A DNA stretch of 64,000 nt, from contig CAYJQB010000001.1 in NCBI GenBank assembly GCA_964372205.1, positions 475,949 through 539,948 of the forward strand, given 5' to 3'. Position numbers and translations under genes: made by a program. The DNA is from Candidatus Woesearchaeota archaeon (GTDB lineage Archaea; Nanobdellota; Nanobdellia; Pacearchaeales; GW2011-AR1). The notes under the pieces are model-generated. The model saw only the letters and a program-made list of their open reading frames with translations. It searched no databases and was not told where the DNA came from. Each line of letters opens with the position of its first letter. The stretch's first letter is position 1. Below are positions 37,192 through 46,544 of this stretch, in pieces.

Positions 37192-39579
37192 ATGCCAGAG
37201 ATAAAATTACCAGAGATAAAGAACTGGGACGTTGAGATAGAAAAACAAATAACAAACTCTTGGAAAAACACAAATCCTTGGAAATTTAATCCTAAAACAA
37301 AGAAAAAAATCTATTCTATAGACACCCCTCCCCCATATGTCAATGCCCCCGTCCACATAGGACAGGCAATAACTTATTGTTATATGGACTTCTTTGCACG
37401 CTATAAAAGAATGAAAGGATTTGAAGTTCTGTTTCCTTTAGGTCTTGACAGAAACGGACTTCCAATAGAAGTAGCTGCAGAAAAAAAATTCAATGTCTCT
37501 CCTTTCAAAATCACTAGGGAAAAATTCATTGAATACTGCGAGAAAATTCTACAAGAAACTTCGACAGAATCAATAGACACTTTTGCGAGATTAGGAATTT
37601 CATTCAGCTCATTCAATACAGGAGACGAAATAGGAGATGTTTATTTCACAGACTCTCCAGAATACAGAAAGCTCACCCAAGACACTTTCATAGAACTGTT
37701 TAGGAAAGAAATGATATATGAGGATACAAGAATAAACAACTGGGATCCGAAGCTACAGACAACAATAGCAGATTCTGAAATAGATTACAAAGATATTCCC
37801 TCTACATTCAATCATATAAAATGGGAAATAAAAGAGACTGATGAATCAATAACCATTGGAACAACCCGCCCAGAATTAATCTGCTCCTGTGGAATGATAC
37901 TTTACAACCCTGAGGATAAAAGATACCAACATCTTCTAGGAAAAACCGCTCTCTCCCCGATATATGGAAAAGAAATTCCAATAATGGAACATCCTCTCGC
38001 ACAAATAGACAAAGGTTCTGGCTTAGTTATGATGTGTTCTGCTGGAGACCTTTCAGACATCCAATTTTTCAGAGAGCAAAACCTAACTCCCATAATTTCA
38101 ATAGAAAAAGATGGCACAATGAATGAAAGAGCAGGATTCCTAAAAGGCTTGAAAGTCAGAGACGCAAGACAAAAAATAATTGAAGAATTAAAAAAACTCA
38201 ACCTCTTAGAAAAACAAGAACAAATAGTTCATAGGACTCCGATTTCAGAACGTTCTGGAGCAGAAGTTGAATTCATTGAGATGCAAGAATTTTACCTTAA
38301 ACAACTTGATTTCAAAGATAATCTAAGGTCTATCTGCAACAAGATGAATTTCTATCCAAAAAACTCAAAAAATATCTTAGAAAAATGGATAGACTCTGTA
38401 TCAATAGACTGGCCTATTTCAAGGAGAAGATTTTATGCTACTCCAATTCCACTTTGGCACTCATCAGATAACAAGTATGTAGCTCTCCCAAACGAAGGAA
38501 AATACTACACTCCTTGGAAAGAATCTCCTCCAAAAGATTCAGAGGTTTTTGAGAACGGCAGATACATTGGAAAGATATCCGATAAAGAGTTCTCCAAAAT
38601 AAAATGGGTTGGTGAAACTCGCGTCTTTGATACTTGGTTTGACTCATCCATCTCAGAGTTAAATATTATAAAATATCCTTCTAAATTCGCAGAGTCTGCC
38701 TATCCGGTATCCCTTCGCCCTCAGGGAAAAGAAATAGTAAGAACTTGGCTCTATTACACTATTTTAAGAGGATACCTGGAAACAGAAAATCCTGCATTCA
38801 AAGACGTATGGATACATCAGCACATACTTGATGAAAAAGGAAGGAAGATGTCAAAATCCCTCGGCAACGTTATAAATCCTCAAGACATAATCAAAACAGA
38901 GGGAGCAGAAGCTCTCAGATTATGGTCTGCAGTTGAAGGAGATCTTTCAAAGTCAGATTTATCATGTTCAAGAGATAGAATTAAAGCAGAACAAAAGACA
39001 TTGAACAAACTGCTTAACATAACAAAGTTTGTGATGCAATTCGGAAAGGTTAAATCCCCTCCAAAAGCTCTAACAAAAACTGACAAACATTTTATCGAGT
39101 ACATAGAGAATTTAACAAAATTTTCTGATGAAAGATATAGTGAATACGACTTCTACAACCCCTCTGTTAAATTAAGGAATTTCCTCTGGGAAGTATTTGC
39201 ATCACATTATATTGAACTAATAAAGAACAGAGCCTACAATCAAGAAAGCTCGTTCTCTAAAGAAGAGAACCTGTCTGCAATATACACTCTTAACTACTTA
39301 CTTGACAGGATGATAGTTCTGCTACATCCAATAATCCCTCAGATAACTTCGACAATAGCAAAAGAGATTAATATCTCATTGCAGGATTTTCCAAAAACCA
39401 AGAAGTCTGATGAAAAATCTACAGAAATGATAGAAAACCTTATGGCTTTCAACTCGCAAGTCTGGAAAACAAAAAAAGATAATGGTCTTTCACTTAGAGC
39501 TGAAATAAAAGGGATAAAAATACCTTCTACTTTGAAAGACTTTGAAAAGGATTTGAGAGCCTGTCACAACCTGATTTAA
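37192..39579 (+). CDS. valS: Valyl-tRNA synthetase
   Basis: IDTPPPYVNAPVHIGQ, TTRPEL, DWPISRRR, DTWFDSS, KMSKS. Confidence 0.95.
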   Translation: MPEIKLPEIKNWDVEIEKQITNSWKNTNPWKFNPKTKKKIYSIDTPPPYVNAPVHIGQAITYCYMDFFARYKRMKGFEVLFPLGLDRNGLPIEVAAEKKFNVSPFKITREKFIEYCEKILQETSTESIDTFARLGISFSSFNTGDEIGDVYFTDSPEYRKLTQDTFIELFRKEMIYEDTRINNWDPKLQTTIADSEIDYKDIPSTFNHIKWEIKETDESITIGTTRPELICSCGMILYNPEDKRYQHLLGKTALSPIYGKEIPIMEHPLAQIDKGSGLVMMCSAGDLSDIQFFREQNLTPIISIEKDGTMNERAGFLKGLKVRDARQKIIEELKKLNLLEKQEQIVHRTPISERSGAEVEFIEMQEFYLKQLDFKDNLRSICNKMNFYPKNSKNILEKWIDSVSIDWPISRRRFYATPIPLWHSSDNKYVALPNEGKYYTPWKESPPKDSEVFENGRYIGKISDKEFSKIKWVGETRVFDTWFDSSISELNIIKYPSKFAESAYPVSLRPQGKEIVRTWLYYTILRGYLETENPAFKDVWIHQHILDEKGRKMSKSLGNVINPQDIIKTEGAEALRLWSAVEGDLSKSDLSCSRDRIKAEQKTLNKLLNITKFVMQFGKVKSPPKALTKTDKHFIEYIENLTKFSDERYSEYDFYNPSVKLRNFLWEVFASHYIELIKNRAYNQESSFSKEENLSAIYTLNYLLDRMIVLLHPIIPQITSTIAKEINISLQDFPKTKKSDEKSTEMIENLMAFNSQVWKTKKDNGLSLRAEIKGIKIPSTLKDFEKDLRACHNLI

Positions 39580-39615
39580 CCTAACCTTTATTAACCTATT
39601 TCTTTTTTGCTTAGA

Positions 39616-40719
39616 ATGGCTGAATTAACAGACAAAGAAAAAACAAAACTTGAAGATTTGATTAACGAGCTTGAAAACATTAAAGGAAGGCATACAGAGC
39701 TTGTTACAGTTATGATACCGGCAGGTTTCAATATGAACCAAGTAGTTAAACAACTTGAAGCAGAAAAATCAACAGCAGCAAACATTAAGTCAAAACAGAC
39801 TCGTTCAGCAGTCATTGAGTCATTAGAGAAAATAATTCGGGAGATGAAAAATTATGGCCAGACTCCTAAAAATGGGATGGCTCTTTTTGCAGGAAATATT
39901 TCAGACAAAGAAGGAGTCCAAGATATTCAATTTTGGGCAATTGAACCTCCAAGAGCACTAAAAGTTCGAATGTACAGATGCGATCAGACTTTTGTCGTAG
40001 AGCCACTGAAAGAAATGCTTCAAGTACAGGAGTTGTACGGTCTTCTAGCAATTGATAGACAAGAAGCCACAATCGGTCTTTTGGAAGGAAAAAAAATCCA
40101 GGTATTGAGAAAATTTACTTCAGGCGTTCCAGGAAAAGTAAGAGCCGGAGGACAATCCTCTCAGCGTTTTCACAGAATCACGGAAGGGCTTGCAAAAGAT
40201 TTCTTTAGAAGAGTTGCTGAAGAGATGAAGGAGATATTCTTCGATATGCCTCGATTAAAAGGAATATTAGTAGGAGGACCTATACCTACAAAAGAAGAGT
40301 TCTTAGAAGAAGGACAGCTAGCGACTAAGTTGAAAGAAAAAGTTGTTGCTGTGAAAGATATAGGCTATGTTGATGAACATGGTTTAAAACTTCTTGTAGA
40401 AGCATCCCAAGATGACATCGCTGAGCAGGAAATAATAAAAGAAAAAAAGATTCTTGAAAAATTCTTTAATACCTTAGGAAAAGAACCTGAAAAGGCAGCC
40501 TATGGAAAAGAGCGAGTTTCCCTGGCTCTTGAAAGGGGTGCTGTAGAGCTCATCCTTCTTTCCAAAGAATTAGATAAGGATGCTATTAAAGAGTTTGAAG
40601 AAAAGGCAGAAAGCATCAGCGCCGAGCTAGTAATAATCTCTACAGAGACTCCTGAAGGGGAACAGTTCTTTAACCTTACAAAAGGTTACGGAGCAATCCT
40701 AAGATTTGCTCTTGAATAA
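39616..40719 (+). CDS. prf1: Peptide chain release factor aRF1
   Basis: GRHTELVT, NIKS, YRCD, GGQSSQRF, GAILRF; start moved to MAELTD. Confidence 0.97.
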   Translation: MAELTDKEKTKLEDLINELENIKGRHTELVTVMIPAGFNMNQVVKQLEAEKSTAANIKSKQTRSAVIESLEKIIREMKNYGQTPKNGMALFAGNISDKEGVQDIQFWAIEPPRALKVRMYRCDQTFVVEPLKEMLQVQELYGLLAIDRQEATIGLLEGKKIQVLRKFTSGVPGKVRAGGQSSQRFHRITEGLAKDFFRRVAEEMKEIFFDMPRLKGILVGGPIPTKEEFLEEGQLATKLKEKVVAVKDIGYVDEHGLKLLVEASQDDIAEQEIIKEKKILEKFFNTLGKEPEKAAYGKERVSLALERGAVELILLSKELDKDAIKEFEEKAESISAELVIISTETPEGEQFFNLTKGYGAILRFALE

Positions 40720-40771
40720 GCAAGATTATAAGCACAACAAACCATATAAATTCACCAATCTCCACAATCCT

Positions 40772-42781
40772 ATGGAGCAAAAGAGACACGAAGAGCTTTT
40801 TCAAGAAGCTAGGAATTTTTTTGATGCTACTAAAAAAAAGATAGGAGAATCCATAAGAGAGAAGGAAAATATAGTCCACCTATCTTTTACAGATTTAGCA
40901 AAATTCTCCACAACTCTTTCTGACAAGATTCTAGAATCTCCTGAAGAGAGTTTAGCTATCCTTGAGAACGCCCTAGATGAAAGAGGCCTTGTAACTAATC
41001 CAAGAATAAGATTGGTTGAGCTTCCACCTTCATCACAAATACCTATAAGAAAAATAAGAGCAAAACATCTAGATAATCTCATATGGATAGAGGGCATAGT
41101 AAGACAGGCATCAGATGTGCGCCCCCAGGTTGTTAATGCAAGATTCGAGTGTCCTAGTTGTGGAGCAATTCTTTCAGTCTTACAAATAGACAAGAAGTTC
41201 CGAGAACCTTCCAGATGTTCGTGTGGAAGAAAGGGGCAATTCAAAGTTCTCTCTAAAGAGATGGTTGACGCCCAAAGATTAGTTCTTGAAGAATCCCCGG
41301 ACTCATTAGATGGAGGAGAACAGCCAAGGAGAATGAACGTTTTCCTTAAAGAAGATTTAGTAGAACCTAAAATGGAAGAAAGAACAACTCCCGGAAGCAG
41401 AGTAAAAGTCTTTGGAGTGTTAAAAGAAGTTCCTGTTCCTCTTCAAACAGGTTCTATCTCAACTCGTTTCGATTTAGCCATAGAAGCAAATAACATAATC
41501 CCCTTAGAAGAAACGTATGCTGACCTTAACATAACTGATGAGGAAGAAAGACAAATAAGAGAACTTGCCTCAAATCCTAAAGTCTATGAAGTCCTAACAA
41601 ACAGTATCTCTCCAAGTGTGTATGGTTTTGAAAAAATAAAAGAAGCTCTTCTCCTCCAGCTTTTTTCAGGAGTAAAAAAAACTCGTTCAGATGGAGGAAA
41701 AACCAGAGGTAATATTCACGTTCTATTAGTAGGAGACCCCGGTGTAGCTAAATCCGTTACTCTAAAGTTTATCTCCACAATAGCTCCAAAGGGAAGATAC
41801 GTGTCTGGAAAAGCAACAACCGGAGCAGGTCTCACTGCATCTGTTGTAAAAGATGAATTCTTGAAGGGTTGGTCTTTGGAAGCAGGAGCAATGGTCTTAG
41901 CAAACAAAGGCACTGTATGTATTGATGAAATAGAAAAGATGGATGAGCACGATAGAAGCACAATGCATGAAGCAATGGAACAGCAATCCGTAACAATTTC
42001 CAAAGCAAATGTGCAAGCGACTCTGAGATCTGAAACCTCCGTTCTTGCTGCTGGAAATCCCAAATTTGGAAGATTTGATCCTTTCTCACCCATACCTCAA
42101 CAAATTAACATCTCTCCAGCTTTGTTAAGCAGATTCGACGTCATCTTTGTTCTTAGAGACCTTCCAAACAGAGTCCAGGATGAAGCAATAGCCACTCACG
42201 TTCTTGAAGAACATAAGCAGGAAGTAATAAGAGATGTTGTTGATCCAAAGTTACTTAGAAAATATGTAGCATACGCTAACAAACTAAATCCAAAACTTTC
42301 TGAAGAAGCGATTGATGAAATAAAAAACTTCTACGTTTCCTTAAGAAACCAATCTATTCAGACTGATTCAGATGTCAGACCAATTCCAATAACTGCAAGA
42401 CAGTTGGAAGCCATCATAAGACTCTCTGAAGCCTGTGCTAAAGTAAGATTGAGCAGGCTAGTCACTGTTGAAGACACAAAAAGAGCTATAGATCTCTTAA
42501 AATTTTCGCTCACCCAGGTAGGTTATGACGAAGAAACAAAAACTTTTGACATAGACAAATACCAAGGAGGAATCCCTTCATCAAAAAGAGGAAAGATAAT
42601 AGTTCTCAAGGAAGTAATAGCGAGTCTAGAATCGAGACTTGGAAAATTAATACCTGTAGAAGAGCTTGAGACAGCTATTGAGGGAAAAATGTCCCCTGCA
42701 GAACTTGATGAAGCTATAGATCAGCTCACCCGTTCGGGAGACATTTTCCGTCCAAAGAAAGGCTATATCCAAAAATTATAG
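40772..42781 (+). CDS. mcm: MCM replicative helicase
   Basis: GDPGVAKS, GLTASV, LEAGAMVLA, IDEIEKM, SRFD, TARQLE; start moved to MEQKRH. Confidence 0.97.
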   Translation: MEQKRHEELFQEARNFFDATKKKIGESIREKENIVHLSFTDLAKFSTTLSDKILESPEESLAILENALDERGLVTNPRIRLVELPPSSQIPIRKIRAKHLDNLIWIEGIVRQASDVRPQVVNARFECPSCGAILSVLQIDKKFREPSRCSCGRKGQFKVLSKEMVDAQRLVLEESPDSLDGGEQPRRMNVFLKEDLVEPKMEERTTPGSRVKVFGVLKEVPVPLQTGSISTRFDLAIEANNIIPLEETYADLNITDEEERQIRELASNPKVYEVLTNSISPSVYGFEKIKEALLLQLFSGVKKTRSDGGKTRGNIHVLLVGDPGVAKSVTLKFISTIAPKGRYVSGKATTGAGLTASVVKDEFLKGWSLEAGAMVLANKGTVCIDEIEKMDEHDRSTMHEAMEQQSVTISKANVQATLRSETSVLAAGNPKFGRFDPFSPIPQQINISPALLSRFDVIFVLRDLPNRVQDEAIATHVLEEHKQEVIRDVVDPKLLRKYVAYANKLNPKLSEEAIDEIKNFYVSLRNQSIQTDSDVRPIPITARQLEAIIRLSEACAKVRLSRLVTVEDTKRAIDLLKFSLTQVGYDEETKTFDIDKYQGGIPSSKRGKIIVLKEVIASLESRLGKLIPVEELETAIEGKMSPAELDEAIDQLTRSGDIFRPKKGYIQKL

Positions 42782-42830
42782 CATTCCCAAGAATAACAAT
42801 CCTTAAAAAACATTTTTCCTAAAACAAACA

Positions 42831-43445
42831 ATGGTTGAACAGGGATTTAAGAGGCATGTCGCACACAAAATGCGTATAGGTGATGTGCTTTCTGGAAAAA
42901 TAATAATGGATGGGGAAAAATTCAAATTTCTAGAAATAAACGATAGTCATGTCGTGAGAGTCAACATCATCGCGAACATAACTGATAAATTTGTCCAAGA
43001 TGATGAGAAAAAGTATGCAACCCTTACGATAGATGACGCTTCTGGTCAAATAAGAATAAAGTCCTTTGGAGAAGAAATTGAAAAGTTAGAACACTTCATT
43101 CAAGGAGATACTATCATAGTCATAGGGCTCTTAAGAGCTTGGAATAATGAAGTATATATTACCCCAGAAATAATAAAGAAAAGGGAGCCTCAATATCTTA
43201 TGGTGAGAAAACTTGAACTGGACCTTGAGAAACCAAAAATTCTTGAGAAAGATGAAATCTCTCAAATAAGAACAAAGATTCTTGATGATGTCAGAAAAAA
43301 TGAGGAAAACGGAGGCATAGATATAGAAAAAATAATTCTAGACCTTCAACAACCACCTCAGACAATAAATCAAGAAATAAAAAAACTCCTTGAAGAAGGC
43401 TTGATTTATGAGCCTCGTCCAGGCAAATTAAGATACCTCGGATAA
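42831..43445 (+). CDS. RPA32-like ssDNA-binding protein (OB fold plus wH)
   Basis: VRVNIIA, TIDDASGQIR, C-terminal LLEEGLIYEPRPG. Confidence 0.85.
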   Translation: MVEQGFKRHVAHKMRIGDVLSGKIIMDGEKFKFLEINDSHVVRVNIIANITDKFVQDDEKKYATLTIDDASGQIRIKSFGEEIEKLEHFIQGDTIIVIGLLRAWNNEVYITPEIIKKREPQYLMVRKLELDLEKPKILEKDEISQIRTKILDDVRKNEENGGIDIEKIILDLQQPPQTINQEIKKLLEEGLIYEPRPGKLRYLG

Positions 43446-43486
43446 AAATTTTAGTTTAACAATTAGATAAACTAACAAAAAAGAAA

Positions 43487-44056
43487 TTATTTTTTCCTTT
43501 TAACAAAGAATCTTTTCCAAAATCCTTTCTCTTTCTTATTAAACCAATAAGCAGCCCAAATAAGAATAACTAGTCCTACAAGAGAAAGTAAAAACTTAAG
43601 CCAGTCATCTGTAAATCTCCAGTATGCCCCAGTCCCATACAATATCATACCAACTCCACCAAGCATCAGTCCTGCACTCACAGATTCCAATCCTAGAACA
43701 AGAGCTCCAACAAGGATTATTACAATTCCTAAAGGCAACGCTGTAAAGAAAACTTTTCTATAATATTTCTCTTGTGCATCCTCAAGCTCTTCCTGACAAA
43801 CCGTGTAGTCATATTGACAAAAACCACCACTCACCTGTATTTGCTTAATCTCTCCCCTCGAATCAGCCACAGCCTGAGTATTATTCACCCACACACCCCC
43901 TTCTGTCTCACAAACAGTTTGATTAAAAAGATACTCTGGGCAATAATCATTATACTGTGGAGACTCTCCATACAAAGTTGATATTCCATAAATCCCTACA
44001 AACAAAGTCAAAATAAATATTGCAATAGCGAAGATAATATTTTTCACGTTTATCAT
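43487..44056 (-). CDS. Membrane protein with a Cys-containing extracellular loop
   Basis: About 4 TM; loop YC...VCETEGGVW...FC...C; start moved to MINVKN. Confidence 0.75.
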   Translation of the reverse strand: MINVKNIIFAIAIFILTLFVGIYGISTLYGESPQYNDYCPEYLFNQTVCETEGGVWVNNTQAVADSRGEIKQIQVSGGFCQYDYTVCQEELEDAQEKYYRKVFFTALPLGIVIILVGALVLGLESVSAGLMLGGVGMILYGTGAYWRFTDDWLKFLLSLVGLVILIWAAYWFNKKEKGFWKRFFVKRKK

Positions 44057-44136
44057 ATTTCCTCGAAGCAAATCAAGCTTATAAATCCTTTCAAAATAAT
44101 CATTACCTTTAAAAACTAACAATTGAATGTTAACTC

Positions 44137-44547
44137 ATGACGGAATATGAACAACTTTTAGAAAAAGCCTATCAGGAGATTAAGATAGTTGATACTTCAT
44201 CAGAAAGATTCCAAATGCCGAAAGTAAAGGGTCTTGTTTCTGGAAAAAACACAATCATCACCAATATTGCAGAAATTGCAGATAGATTGAGAAGACCGAT
44301 AGAACAAATAATTAAATTCCTTCAAAAAGAACTTGCAACTCCTGGAAAAATCGAGAATGATAGATTAATACTAAACTCAAGATTAAGCTCAAACAGAGTT
44401 AATGAAAAGTTGGAGCTGTTTGTAAAGGAGTTTGTGTTATGCAATGAATGCAAAAAACCCGATACTGAAATAATTTCAGAAAAAGGTATAAAATACAAAC
44501 ATTGTCTTGCATGCGGAGCTAAGTCTCCAATCAAAAGAAAACTTTAG
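44137..44547 (+). CDS. eif2b: Translation initiation factor aIF-2 beta
   Basis: YEQLLEKA, ERFQMP, KELATPG, CNECKKPDT...CLACGA. Confidence 0.96.
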   Translation: MTEYEQLLEKAYQEIKIVDTSSERFQMPKVKGLVSGKNTIITNIAEIADRLRRPIEQIIKFLQKELATPGKIENDRLILNSRLSSNRVNEKLELFVKEFVLCNECKKPDTEIISEKGIKYKHCLACGAKSPIKRKL

Positions 44548-44608
44548 CAATACAAAGCTTTATAATTCCGAAAAAATATGGAAAAAATAATAATAAGGAG
44601 GATTTTAA

Positions 44609-44758
44609 ATGGCAACACAAGGTTATTGCGTCAAGTGCAAAGCAAAAGTTGATATCAAGGATGCTAAAGAGTCCAAAACTGCGAAAGGCACCAAGATAGC
44701 AAAGGGTAAATGCCCTAACTGCGGCACAACAGTCTGTCGAATGGGCGGACTTCAGTAG
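44609..44758 (+). CDS. Small Lys-rich Zn-binding protein, DUF5679-like (missed by the ORF track, 49 aa)
   Basis: Manual translation MATQGYCVKCKAKVDIKDAKESKTAKGTKIAKGKCPNCGTTVCRMGGLQ; SD AGGAGG. Confidence 0.88.
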   Translation: MATQGYCVKCKAKVDIKDAKESKTAKGTKIAKGKCPNCGTTVCRMGGLQ

Positions 44759-44762
44759 AATC

Positions 44763-45062
44763 ATGATATCTGTAAAGATACACAAATCCTACAGAAATGT
44801 AGTTGCACTTTGTGATTCTAATCTGATTGGAAAAAGATTCGAAGAGGGAATAAGACAGTTGGATGTAAGAGAAAGTTTTTACAATGGAGAGGAGATGGAC
44901 GAATCAAAGATTCTCGAGCTTATTCAATTCCAAGCAGGAGAAGATTCAACTTTTAATCTAGTTGGAGAAGAATCGATTGCAATTGCAAAAAAGGCGGGGC
45001 TTATTTCTGACGAAGGAGTTAAAAAAGTTCAGGGAATTCCTTTTGCATTGGTTCTTTTGTAA
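44763..45062 (+). CDS. DUF424-family protein
   Basis: VVALCDSNLIGKRF...FYNG...NLVG...GIPFA. Confidence 0.85.
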   Translation: MISVKIHKSYRNVVALCDSNLIGKRFEEGIRQLDVRESFYNGEEMDESKILELIQFQAGEDSTFNLVGEESIAIAKKAGLISDEGVKKVQGIPFALVLL

Positions 45063-45101
45063 CAACGCTAGTTTTAAAAGCTGCTATTTCTACAAATAAA
45101 A

Positions 45102-45470
45102 ATGAAAGAAGAAGATTTTGGAGACTTTGAGGAAGTTAAAGAAGAAAACTCAAAGCACGAAAATCAAGAAGAAGAAATAAAAGTATCTGGAAGAGTCCGA
45201 ATGCCTAGAGGAAAAGAATCGATAGGAGTCATTCTTCAAAGATATGGTGGTAACCGCATGGAAATCAGAACCACGGATGGAAAGACGAGAAACTGTAGAG
45301 TTCCTGGAAGATACAAGAGAAGACTTTGGCTAAGACCTAAGGATATAGTGATTATTGTTCCCTGGGAAGATGACGATTCAAAAGGAGATATAATCTACAA
45401 ATACAATAAAACAGAGATGTTCAATCTCAAAAAATCAGGAATATTGGATAACCTGTCTGACGAGTTCTAA
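45102..45470 (+). CDS. eif1a: Translation initiation factor aIF-1A
   Basis: RVRMP, DGKTRNCRVPGRYKRRLW, VPWE...KGDIIYKY. Confidence 0.95.
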   Translation: MKEEDFGDFEEVKEENSKHENQEEEIKVSGRVRMPRGKESIGVILQRYGGNRMEIRTTDGKTRNCRVPGRYKRRLWLRPKDIVIIVPWEDDDSKGDIIYKYNKTEMFNLKKSGILDNLSDEF

Positions 45471-45507
45471 AGAATAATTTAAAAAGCTATCAATTCCTTG
45501 AAAAAGA

Positions 45508-46002
45508 ATGGAAACTTATCATCTCGAAAAAATAGCTGAGCTCAAAAGAGAAAAAGATACTATTGAGAGAGAGCTCGGAATAAAGATAAAGATAGAGGGT
45601 AGAAAAGTTACTATAGAAGGGCCTTCATTAAATGAGTACACTGCGGATCTTGTCATTCAGGCAATACAATTCGGATTTTCTGCAAAAACTGCTCTGCTGT
45701 TAAAACATGATAATATAAGCTTCCGCACATTGAACATCAAAGACTATACAAGAAGAAAAAATCTGAGAGAAGTGCTAGGAAGATTAATCGGGACTCGCGG
45801 TCAAACAAAAAAAACAATTGAAGACATCTCTAGATGCAAGATGATGATAAAAGAAAAAGAAGTTGCAGTAATCGGAGACTCTGAACAGATTGAATACGCT
45901 GTTACAGCCATTTCAAATCTTGTAAAGGGATCCAAACAATCTAATGTCTACAAGTATCTAGAAAAGATAAACACAAACAAAAAAATAAAAAATAAAAAAT
46001 AA
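45508..46002 (+). CDS. KH-domain pre-rRNA processing protein (Dim2/Pno1-like)
   Basis: AIQFGFS, GRLIGTRGQTKKTIE, GSKQSNVYKYLE. Confidence 0.9.
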   Translation: METYHLEKIAELKREKDTIERELGIKIKIEGRKVTIEGPSLNEYTADLVIQAIQFGFSAKTALLLKHDNISFRTLNIKDYTRRKNLREVLGRLIGTRGQTKKTIEDISRCKMMIKEKEVAVIGDSEQIEYAVTAISNLVKGSKQSNVYKYLEKINTNKKIKNKK

Positions 46003-46051
46003 AAAAAGACCAAGAGAAAAAGAACTAACTATCGAACTTTTAAAAAAGAAA

Positions 46052-46225
46052 TTACTTTCTTCTTGTTGTTCTACGTGCTGTTGTTCTACGTGCAGTTGTT
46101 CTTCTTGCACCAGTTGCTCTACGTGCTGTTGTTCTACGTGCAGTTGTTCTTCTTGCACCAGTTGTTGTTCTACGTGCACCAGTAGTTGTTCTTCTTCTTG
46201 TTGCAGTTCTTCTTGTTGCAGCCAT
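46052..46225 (-). CDS. Arg/Thr-rich protamine- or H1-like repeat protein (missed by the ORF track, 57 aa)
   Basis: Manual translation MAATRRTATRRRTTTGARRTTTGARRTTARRTTARRATGARRTTARRTTARRTTRRK; SD GGGAG and BRE/TATA upstream; synonymous codon variation between repeats. Confidence 0.85.
   Translation of the reverse strand: MAATRRTATRRRTTTGARRTTTGARRTTARRTTARRATGARRTTARRTTARRTTRRK
46070..46165. repeat. 48-nt tandem duplication built from 15/18-nt subunits (coding repeat)
   Basis: TCTACGTGCTGTTGTTCTACGTGCAGTTGTTCTTCTTGCACCAGTTG at 46070 and 46118. Confidence 0.9.
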
Positions 46226-46243
46226 TTTTTTGCATACTCCCTT

Positions 46244-46445
46244 TTACAAATTAGCTGTAATTAATATATAAAACTTTCTAACTTTGCATAAAACAAAAAA
46301 TTATGTAAAAACAGTCACAAATTCTGCCGTCGGAAAATTTTACATCTAAAATGCGATGTGCAATCGGTGTAATCGTTATTACAAAATTTGTAAAGAAATA
46401 ATGTAATTTGTTACAAACATAATCTCCTCAAATTTCAGGATTACA
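46244..46445. promoter_or_regulatory. Array of ten TGTAA/TTACA motifs overlapping the promoter (BRE/TATA 46264-46278) of the Arg-rich gene
   Basis: TTACA at 46244, 46340, 46379, 46411, 46441; TGTAA at 46256, 46304, 46368, 46389, 46402. Confidence 0.55.
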
Positions 46446-46544
46446 AAGATTTATTGCAACTTCTGAAAGATTAAAACTCTCCTTCCAAATAAGGCAAGCT
46501 ACCCCACAAAAGCTTTAAATAAGCTTTCCCGTTTTCCAAGATAT

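Noticed and set aside
39616..40719. Alternative genetic code
   Set aside because: aRF1 keeps NIKS, YxC and GGQ, and conserved genes end normally at TAA, TAG or TGA.
44531..44785. Minus-strand 84-aa ORF
   Set aside because: Antisense shadow of the SD-led Zn protein at 44609-44758.
45958..46179. ORF-track protein MHVEQQLVQEEQLHVEQQ...
   Set aside because: Alternative frame of the coding repeat. It lacks an ATG and SD and overlaps dim2, whereas the Arg/Thr frame has an ATG, SD, promoter and synonymous variation.
46060..46220. Repeat region as a CRISPR array
   Set aside because: Units are contiguous multiples of 3 nt with no unique spacers, and no cas genes are present.
46509..46527. Palindrome AAAGCTT-TAAAT-AAGCTTT
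   Set aside because: Coincides with the BRE/TATA of tRNA-Asn, and similar AAAGCTTTAAA promoter sequences are common here.
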